Assembly (NCBI RefSeq): GCF_009914755.1
Contig: NC_060942.1
Length of the DNA: 64,000 nucleotides
Direction: 5' to 3' (one strand)
From: the human T2T-CHM13v2.0 reference genome, Homo sapiens
Numbering within the stretch: the stretch's first letter is position 1; every line of letters starts with the position of its first letter. This document shows, in pieces, positions 54,001 through 64,000 of this stretch. The notes beneath the pieces are model-generated. The model ran no database searches and had not been told where the DNA came from. It saw only the letters and a program-made list of their open reading frames with translations. A program made the position numbers and the translations under genes.

Positions 54001-55109
54001 TGCTACCAAGCTATATTCGTTCTGTTTCAAATGTTTCCTTCCTCCTCTCTTCTGCCCCCTCCCCCTTTTTTAATTTAACTAGAGAAAATGACATGTTAAT
54101 TTCAGCTCCACCTCTGCTGGGTCATCGTCAGGTCAGCAGATTAGAGACAAACGGGAGAAAGGAGGCAGCGGCTCCAACAGCAGGGCAGCCTGGCCCGCAT
54201 CCATCATGCTGTGAGCGCACAGCAATGACAGGCATCTGTCAGAATGCAGGGGGGCGCCTCATTAACAGCCGCTCACCTGCCCTGAGCTACACCTCGCTTA
54301 TAATAATATCGATCATTCACTCTAAGGTGTTGCTTTTTTCCATTCGGTGGAGGAAATAGCAAGCATTCTCTTTCCCCCGCTCCCCGCTGGAGTTCACAGG
54401 CTAAGTCTCTTGGAGAAGGGAAGAAGGGGTGGCTGGGATGGGGAGAGGAAAAGAAGAAGGCAGTCCTGGAAAGGGAAGGATGACATCACAAAAGAAAAGA
54501 AGGCGTCTCAGTCTACTGTCAGAGATCAACCGATGGATCGGATCACCTGGATGTTGAGCCATCCACATGCAAACCAAGGAAGGAGAGTGTGAGCTCCTGG
54601 CTGGAGAATTCGGTCAGGAACAAAGACACCTCCCCATTGTCCTTCACGAGGGATTTCCCTGGACAGAAAGATTCTAAGATCAACCCTTAGCTTTTCACGT
54701 TGTTTCTTGTAAACATGAATAATTTGAAAACAACAAAATTTTGATTTTGATGAGCTTGTGAATCTACCACTACTTGTTTGTACTAAACACAAGCACTTTT
54801 TCTTTCATCATGTCTGTCTCTAGCTCACAAGGGTGATGTGATCATCTTACGTGTAAAAGAAAACCGAATTTCACTTCTGGTGGTGACTATTGTCTGATTC
54901 ACCATTACAGTAACCACCCAAGGAAACCCTGCCCACAAAAAGCATTCTTCTGGAGAAGGTTGGTTATTCATACAAAACTAAAGTTAATTATGTTCCCCCA
55001 AAGAAGCACTGTCAGGAGAGGTGTGTCTGTGTGTGTGTGTGTGCACGCGGGCGTGTGCACAAGCACACGCCTGGGCAGTCTCTGGTTCTGGGAATGTGTG
55101 CATTTCTCT

Positions 55110-55798
55110 TTTTTTTAATTAAATTTTTTGAATAGGTTTAGGGGGAATAGGTGATGTTCGGTTACATGAGTAAGTTCTTTAGTGGTGATTTCTGAGATTT
55201 TGGTGCACCCATCACCCAAGCAGTGTACACTGCACCCAATGTGTAGTCTTTTATCCCTCACCCCACTCTCACCCTTTCCCCCAAGTCCCCAAAGTCCCTT
55301 GCATCATCCTTATGCCTTTGCATCCTCATAGCTTAGCTCCCCCTTATCAGTGAGAACATACAATGTTTGGTTTTCCTTTCATGAGTTACTTCACTTAGCA
55401 TAATGGTCTCCAATTCCATCCAGGTTTCTGCAAATACCATTATTTTCTTCCTTTTTATGGCTGAGTAGTATTCCATGGTATATAGATATACATATATATA
55501 CCTGTATACATGTATTATATATGTATTATATGCATGTATTATATATATGTGTGTTATATATATACATGTATTATATATACATATTATATATGTGTTTATA
55601 TATACACATATATGTATTTTATATATATAGATATAGATATAGATATATATCACATTTTCTTTATCCACTCATTGATTGATGGGCATTTGGGCTGTTCCAT
55701 ATTTTTGCAATTGTGAATTGTGCTACTATAAACATGTGTGTGCAAGTGTCTTTTTCATATAATGACTTCTTTTCCTCTGGGTAGACACCCAGGAGTGG
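55110..55798 (-). mobile_element. 5'-truncated L1PB1-like 3' end
   Basis: 'ggttacatgagtaagttctttagtggtgatttctgagattttggtgcacccatcacccaagcagtgtacactg'. ORF2 C-terminus in ORF 55333..55668. TSD CATTTCTCT/CATGTCTCT at 55101-55109 and 55799-55807. Confidence 0.95.
55479..55650. repeat. (TA)n-rich expansion inside L1PB
   Basis: About 170 bp of TA-rich repeat between 'ttccatggt' and 'cacattttctt'. Confidence 0.95.
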
Positions 55799-56572
55799 CA
55801 TGTCTCTGATGGGCAATGAATAAACCCTTGACAAAGCTTTAATGATAGGCTCAGAGCTTAAACCTGGGCCACCATCCGGAGTTGACCATAAAAGACGAAA
55901 AATTCTTATTCTTCTACTGTAGGGGAATTAAAAACATGGACGTGCATGCACATGCACACGCACACGCACACAATCAGCCCTTTTTAACTCTTGAAAAAGG
56001 AAGCTAACAACATACCTTTTTTCAAGTTGAAAAAGCAACTAAAGACCACTGTAGTTCAAGAGGGTATAGATGATAACACTGGGGCTGAAAGCAGCGAGGT
56101 GACCTTTCTGCATTCGTACAAACCAGAGGACGACAGAGCTGAAGTTTTAGCAGGTCCATGGCTCCTCGGTGTCCCACTTATAAATGAAGGAAAGATACAC
56201 GTCTGTGGCAGTAAAGACTAATAACAAAACAAGTCGGTGGCAAACACATATGAGAAGGGGATGAGTTCAAGTTTCTCTCCTGGTGACGTGGCAAGGCCAG
56301 GACCAAACACAGCCGTGCTAGAGACAAGCTTCCCACTTCCGGAGCCTGCAGAAAAAATTCCCAGCATCTCCTCACACCTTACCTTCCTGTGGAGCTGGAG
56401 GGGTGACTCAAGTGTCCTGGGGGATCAGGTCACATAAAGAAGGGTGCTCCTCTGCTGAAGGGGTTCAGCCCCCGAGGGGAGACTCCTCCACCGAGGGCAG
56501 GAGTTCTTCCGTGGGAGGCCACTGCCCACAGAAACTGCAGAGCAGGGTTTCTCTACTGAAAAAAGAGCCATT

Positions 56573-56905
56573 CAGAAGTGCAATCCCTTATCTGCAATTA
56601 CAAAACCCCAAAAGATTCGAAAACTGAAAATCTTTTCCTAGCCCTTTTTGCAGCAAAATCTGACCTAACTTTAACTGACGTGAGATTCTTTACTTGTAGT
56701 TTTTATTTATCCTAATTAGAGTGACCATTCCTACATTTGACTGCAACTATATGCGTGTGTGCGACCAGAACGCTGCCTCTGACTCAACTGGAAGCATGAT
56801 TTAGGATGCAGTACATGCACCACATCATTTTTCTAAAATCAAAAAGATTCTGAATTCCAACACCCGTATGGCCTTGATGGTTTTAGCTCAGGCATTGGAA
56901 ACTCA
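56573..56905 (-). mobile_element. MER46C-like TcMar-Tigger DNA transposon
   Basis: 'caatcccttatctgcaatt', 'gaaaactgaaa', 'gcaaaatctgacct', 'aactgacgtgag' and 'tttctaaaatcaaaaagattctgaattccaacac'. Confidence 0.8.
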
Positions 56906-57804
56906 CTCTCTCCGTCACCTCGGATCTGAAGGGATTCTGCACATTTCTGTCTAGACATCTGCTGACATCCCATCATTCCTACAGAAGACAAAACAACTAC
57001 AAAAAAATACATGGTTTGCATCATCGTGTCTATTTTGTGGTTTCTGGTACCCCCATGTTGGAATTGCCCATCAATTACTGTTGTTCCTTCTTTTCCAGAT
57101 AACAAATGAAGGTCTTGGTTAATAACAGTTCTGCCAGGAACACTGTGTTAATATAAACTCAGATGGAACAAAATCTTCCTCTGCAAATGAGCTAGCTCCT
57201 AATGATGCCACCATCGGTTACTTCTGTGGAAATTGCTAAGCTTATTTTGTGGATAAGCTTGTGGGATCCAATGGGAATAGTATCCCCAGAGGAAAGGCAA
57301 GAAATTGCATGGATATTAGCTTGGCCAAATCTTCATGCGTCCTTCTCTGATTTGCAAAAAGTCACTATCACAGTTGCTCTAAGGGGAAAAAATAAAATAT
57401 AGGCCTTCCCCAATTCTACTTCCTGAGAATTTAATCTATATCACACAGGATTAAAATATTGATTTTCCAGGAGGCTACTGGAAGATAAGAGGTGAATTTT
57501 GATGCAATAGTCTTATGTGTAAAAGAAAGCCAAATTCCACTTCTGGCGACTATGGTCTTATTTACCATCTCTGTATTTTTCCCTGCCACTTGCCTCATCC
57601 CTTTATGCTTCACAGAAATTATTTTCAAAACTTCCTATTTTAAATCAACCACCTGGATGTCTGAAAAAGATTCTTTCCAATCGCAGGGGGGAATGATCCT
57701 TTCTAAAACACAATCCAGATTCATTATGCAGCTCTTTATGTCTTCTTTATGTACAAAAAAATCGAAAATGCACACACTACACACGTTTTATTTTTTTAAT
57801 AAGT

Positions 57805-58095
57805 GTCTCTCTCTCTCTCTCCCTACATCTTGTCACTCTTCCTTCCTCTCTCCTCTCTCTCCCCCCAGCTCCCTCTCTCCGGCTCCTTCCCTCTCTCTCT
57901 CCCCAACTATTTCCCCATCTCCCTCCTTCCTTTCTATTCCTCTCTCTCCCCTTCTCCCTCTCTTTCTCTCCCTCTCTCCTCTCTCTTTCACTCTCCCTCT
58001 CCCTCTCCCTCTCTCTTCCTCTGTCTCTCTTCCTTTTCTCCCTCTCTTCTCTGTCCCTCCCTCCCTCTCTCCCTCTCTCCCTCTCTCCCTCTCCT
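57805..58095. repeat. CT-rich polypyrimidine low-complexity tract
   Basis: About 290 bp of nearly pure C/T on the plus strand. Confidence 0.95.
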
Positions 58096-59629
58096 TAATT
58101 GCCAGGCCTTTACAAACCCATGCCTGCGAAAGAAACACCCGTCTATTGCCTGTCAAACAATGCCTGGCTGGGAAAGCTATTGGGTTTATAGAAGAGACAA
58201 ACATTTCAGGCATGCCATTCTGGGGTAATGAAGCATGGCAACAAAATATACCTGTGCAACATTTGATAAAGATGAGCTGACACGCCAGTCCAAATAGGCT
58301 CTTTTGTGTGTCTGCACGTGTCTACCATCATTGCTTTCATCTTAAAACAGGAAGGTAGCAATAACCGCAGCAGCTGGCAGGGACCATAAGGGGGAGAGCA
58401 GCTCACACAATTAAACGTCGTTTACCTCTGGCCTTTATTTCACTCCCACTACCTTTAATTTATTATATGTTTTCTCCCTTTCTATGCACAAAAAAAAAAA
58501 AGTGGCTCAATTTTTCTTTCTTTCTCTTGCTATCTCATTCCTTTTACAGGGCATTGGAGAAGACAATAGGCAAAATCCCTGGGTGTTTAGCATTGGATTT
58601 TAAGTTAAAATGCTTCTTAGAGGGGATTTTATGGCTTTTATTGTTGTTTGATTAATGCAAACCAAAATTAAATCCTATAGTTACACATGGTACATCAGCC
58701 AGAGAGAAGGCCAACTGTACTTGCTGCTTGAGTATACAGAAAACATCTTTGGTTGCTTAATCTTCAGACAAACAAAGGGTTGGGGGAGAGAAGGAGAAAG
58801 AAAGGGAGAGGGAGGGACGGAGAAACAGAGATGGAAAGATTGGAGGTTGATCTGCAGACCAGCCAGAAAGTGAGACAGGAAGATGCAGAAAATTCAGTGG
58901 CCCACATATGAGCTGGAGAATCATTTCTGGTCACTCATCTTATCTGAAGCCAAAACACTGTTCATTCTGGGTTGGATTCTTTTGTTTCTCCGCTCCTCCT
59001 TGGGGACTGTCATGGACACCACCCGTGGTATCCCACACACAGGTGCCTAGCATTGAGTGACCACCGGCCTTGGCAGGCAGGACTGAGAGACCACAGAAGG
59101 GGTCTTTCCTGCCTCCCTGGCTACTTTCTATAAAGCTGACTTCACAAAGGCCTATACAGGATATTGCCTTTCTCCTATTTTACAGAGAAGCACATCCTAT
59201 TTATAAAAGCAATGCAGTGAAACTGAAAGGGCATAATAGCCACTCTGTATTATAAAGCTCTTCTGTTGAAAGAGCTGGACAAAGTGCCTTGGGTTATTTG
59301 ATTTTTTTCTCCTTCTTCTAATGGCAGTAACAGTTTTTGGTGACACACATGATGGCAACAATGAACGCTTTGTGGCACGATGACCTCTATGAAAAAGAGA
59401 GATATACAGGTTTTGCTTTTGTTCACTCAACTAATTACCAACCTTTCATTATACCTCTACTCGGACATCTAAACTTCAGTTAAGCTCTATGTTTAAGTGG
59501 GATGGATCTTCAATTTGCCTACCTAAGGGTAAGATGTCTCTAAACGGCATGCAAAATAATTTGGGGTAAGGAACATTTTTTATTCCCCTCAGACCTTGTA
59601 CAATGATAGTCTGTACTCAAGACAAAACC

Positions 59630-60165
<536 letters not shown>

Positions 60166-60654
60166 TCATTTGTTTTTTACAGTTTTTAAAAGTAGTTTTA
60201 TAAATAAAGGTAAATTCCAGAAATGATTACATAATTAAATTGTGTTAAAACTTGGAAACTTAATGATTAAAAAAAAGAAAAAAGGCAATACACCTACAAA
60301 TTGCAGTGCTTTAGGCCTTCTGGAGTCTTCAGTTTTATAAAATTCCCAGTTATTTAAGGCTTCTATCTTTTCAAAGTCATTACATCCACTCCATTCTTTT
60401 AATTTGCAAAGTAATGGTGAAGATATCCCTGGAGATTTACAGGAATGGAAACCTTCTAATGGAAGTCATTTAGTGAGTTGACTATTGTTTTATTGGTAAT
60501 AGGAAACACACTCCTGACAGGAGGAGATGTAGTTTGGGGGAAACTGCATAAACTTATCAAAAAATTAGCCCATTTCTTAACCACAAGAAAATAGTGGAGT
60601 TAACAGAAATTCCTAAGGTAAATTAAGAGGCTTCATTATTTCCTTTTGTTTCAG

Positions 60655-61745
60655 ATTTGAAGTCAGGTTTACAGAGGCATCATTTTACAATTATCAACTT
60701 TGATAAATGCAGATTGTCATGGAACTACCACCAGAATCCAGATAGAGAACATGCTATCATCCCTGTTATATCCCTTTGTGGCTAATCCACCACACTGTTC
60801 CATCCACCAAAGTCCCTAGAAGCCACTGATCTGTTTTATGTCCCTCTGGTTTTGTCTTTTTCAAAGTCTGAAATAAATGGAATTGTGGAGTGTGTAGCTT
60901 TTGTCTTCTCTCACTTAGAGTAGCCCATTTGAGAGTCATCCACGTATTGCACTATCAGTCGTTTATTCATTTTTTTGAATAGTATTCCATAGTATAAATA
61001 TTCTGCAGTTATTGATTTGATGGATATCTGGTTTGCTTTTAAATTTTAGCAATTATGAATAAAGCAATCTCCACATTTATGTAAACCCTGTACATTCATT
61101 GCTCAAAGTGCAACTCCTGGTGGGTATTCTGCCCCTGAAACTCAACATGGACAGGAGTTTGTATTAATAGATACTTTCATTTCTCTTAAATACCAAGGAC
61201 TGGGATTGTGAGTTATATAATAAGTGCATGTTTCATTTTAGAAGAATCTGTTAAATTGTTTTCCAAAGTCGCTATGCCATTTTGCATTCCCTGCAGCCAT
61301 GTATGAGAGTTCCAGTGGCTCCACATATTCACCAGCACATGGTATTGTTGTTTTGGTTCTGTTTTGTTTTGTCAGCAATTTTAATAGGTGTGCACTGGTA
61401 TCTCATTGTGATCTTCATTTGTGCTTTCCTAGTGACTAGCAACCTTTTATGTGCTAATTTATCACCAATATAGCTTGTCTGGTGAAAGTGCTTTCAAATC
61501 ATTTGGCTGTGTATTTTATTGAAGTGTTTCTTTTATTATTGAGTTGTGAGTGTTTTCTGTGTAGTCCATATACAAATCTTTTATCAGACATGTGTTTGGA
61601 AGATATTTTCTTACAGTGTGACTTGTCTTTTCATTCACTTAACAGGGTCTTCTGAAAACCACAAGTTTTAATTTTTATAAAATCTAATTTTTCCACTTTT
61701 ATATTCTAACTTATGCTTGTGGGTATGTTTAGTGCTTAAAATTTA
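60655..61745 (-). mobile_element. L1ME-like 3' region
   Basis: 'aagccactgatctgtttt', 'ataaatggaat', 'ttttccaaagtcgctatgccattttgcattccc' and 'tatgagagttccagtggctccacat'. Confidence 0.85.
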
Positions 61746-62887
61746 TTAGAAAGACCCACTTACCAATTAGAGCATCCTTCTTAAACAAACAAAAGTGATC
61801 ATGAGAATTCCTTAACACAACATTCTTCTCTTCTTCTAGTGAATGTGAAATTCACTAAGGGCACATTGGGATCATGCCCTGTTTTAGCTTCAGTTGGATA
61901 CCTGGTGGCTTAGGGCTCAGGATTAATAAAGCTAATGACACTAATCCTCACCTAATTATTAATTCAAATGTTCAGAATTTGGTAAATTTAAGAGTAACAC
62001 GACTGCATAAGATTTATATTGTTCTACCTTTTCAGTTCCTGACTGAGGTTTCTTAATGAAATTTGAAAACAAAGAAATTGATTATAAACGATCTACCAGT
62101 GATCCATAAACTTATTTAATGAACAATTCTTATGTACATATATATCTCATTGACATATATTATAAGGATTTATTTTTATTTTTATTGCTCTTTTTTTTTG
62201 AAGGGTTCAGCTTACAAGATCCTCCTCAATTAAAGTGTTGATGTCTTGTTTGAAACACAGGTGGGTAGATGCCCAATTTTCTTGTTATGACTATCTGGGT
62301 TTCCTCTTTGTACTTACCAACCCTGGCCTCGCCTTCCCTCACTGGAATTCCCTGGAACCGTGCTGGTGCTGGCTCAGAGTTCTCCGGCCTTTCTCCTGTA
62401 TGTCTCCCATCTCTGCTGCTGCTGATCTTTCCTGTGTTGTTACTCTTAACATTTCAGTTCAGTTTCACTATGCTTCTCGTGACACCTTTACGTACACACT
62501 TTCCTCTGACTACTCAGAAAATATATGGCATTTTTCTTGCAATCCATTCTGCATTTTTAATGCTTGTGTAATCCTTGCACAGTTCCGGTACCTCATGCCA
62601 TGATGCCTACTGCTCTGTGCCATTTGTATTCTCTTGTGGTATGGTTGGTCCCTTGAATTTCTCTAGGCAAGTCTTCTTGTGAGTCGTTCACACCAAGAAC
62701 AGGCAAACCTGAGCTCACCCATCCTCCATGCAGTGGAGCATTCGTGACCCCATCCTCAAGTCTCCTTCTGGTCCCACAGGCTGGCCGGCCACACACACCT
62801 GCTGCTGCACTCCATGGCCACAGGCAGGTCTTGGCAATTCACCTGCTCTCCGCAATCAAACTGAGTGCTATGGAAAGCCCAAATCCC

Positions 62888-63173
62888 ACCGGGCACAGTA
62901 GCTCACACCTATAATCCCAGCACTTCAGGAAGCTGAGGTGGGTGGATCACCTGAGGTTGGGAGTTAAAGACCAGCCTGATCAACATGGAGAAATTCCATC
63001 CCTACTAAAAATACAAAATTAGTTGGGCATGGTGGCACATGCCTGTAATCTCAGCTACTCGGGAGGCTGAGGCAGGAGAATCACTTGAACTTGGGAGGCA
63101 GAGGGCAGAGGTTGCAGTGAGCCAAGATCACACCATTGCACTCCAGCCTGGGCAATCAGAATGCAACTCCTTG

Positions 63174-63225
<52 letters not shown>

Positions 63226-63319
63226 GGAGGGAGGGAGGGAGGGAGGGAGAGAGAGAGGGAGGGAGGGAGGAAGGAATGAAGGAAGGAAGGAAGGAAGGCA
63301 GGAAGGAAGGAAGGAAGAA
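62888..63319 (+). mobile_element. AluSp-like with an expanded purine microsatellite tail
   Basis: Diagnostics 'gaggttgggagtt' and 'cctgatcaacatggagaaa'. Tail (GA)n(GGGA)n(GGAA)n at 63175-63319. TSD GAAAG[C/T]CCAAATCCCA at about 62873-62888 and 63320-63335. Confidence 0.95.
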
Positions 63320-64000
63320 GAAAGTCCAAATCCCAAGAAACACCTGATGTATCTGCTACCTACACCCTGTCTCCCTTCATCCCCCACACTCACAGCTGTT
63401 TAGCAGAGGACTCCCAGTGACACCCCGGGTCCCAGAGAAAAGCCTGCCCTGCCTTCCAGTTCCAGTGCATGAGGCATGAAGCCGACTGTTCAGGAAGTCA
63501 AGACTTATTTGTGAAACGAAAGGCAGTGGACCCCTGTGTTGCTGCTGGTGGGGAGCCCAGTAGGTGGGATGCTAGTCCAGCCCCTTTGGCAGTGGCGGAT
63601 TCTCCAGATGGACTTAGTCACCTGATGCTTGGCAAGACTCGGCCCCAGCTACCCCAGTGGGAGGGGGTTGTGGACAATGGAGACACTCAGAATGATTGAC
63701 CAAAATGGTTTTGAAACCTCTAGACCAAGGACCATTAATCTGAAAATGGCTCTGACTCTATTTGATTTCAATAGAAAGAAACGGCTCCTTTTGAAATGGA
63801 TAGTGACAGCCAAGCTCAGAGATAACAGACTGGCAATGACAAGACTCTACTTTTTAAAACAAACAACAGAAAACCTTCCCTAGCTGTGTTTGGACAGTTT
63901 CACTCTGTTGATTTTTAAACCATCATGAGAGTTGATCACATTCACTTCCCCACCTGCCCTCCCTCCATTGGCGCCCAGACCTGCCACCCAACTTCCTGGA

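Noticed and set aside
54105-54260. Possible CTCF motifs (rc CCAGCAGAGGTGGA at about 54106; TGCAGGGGGGCGCC at about 54245)
   Set aside because: Each matches only part of CCASYAGRKGGCRS, so they are not supportable without ChIP data.
57492-58280. Longest ORF (262 aa) and its overlapping ORFs
   Set aside because: Open only because the CT tract lacks stops (S/L/P low complexity); no domain or exon signal.

Overview
Primate (human-like) non-coding genomic DNA, intronic or intergenic. I find no supportable protein-coding exon, RNA gene or CRISPR-type array. The ORFs supplied are Alu, L1, LTR or low-complexity read-throughs, or chance ORFs. Much of the window is recognisable transposon sequence. 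The main elements are: a two-LTR, non-autonomous MER4-group ERV1 provirus (21708-30087, minus strand) carrying four nested insertions (MLT2A2, two Alus, THE1B); a near-full-length old L1 (L1MA9-like, 32672-40128, minus) split by an LTR1 solo LTR; an L1MD2-like element (about 42950-48497, plus) split by MSTC and Alus; and many solo MaLR LTRs, Alus, MIRs, L2s and DNA-transposon relics. Subfamily names come from my recall of consensus sequences and need RepeatMasker/Dfam confirmation. The most unusual observations are: (1) an inverted ~150-bp copy of nearby unique DNA sitting where the G-rich tract of an L1PA 3' UTR should be; (2) a probable very ancient RTE-clade LINE reverse-transcriptase relic readable in one frame at about 8960-9400; (3) several repeat-free, motif-dense islands that look like developmental enhancers. 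I see no evidence of a new multi-gene biological system.
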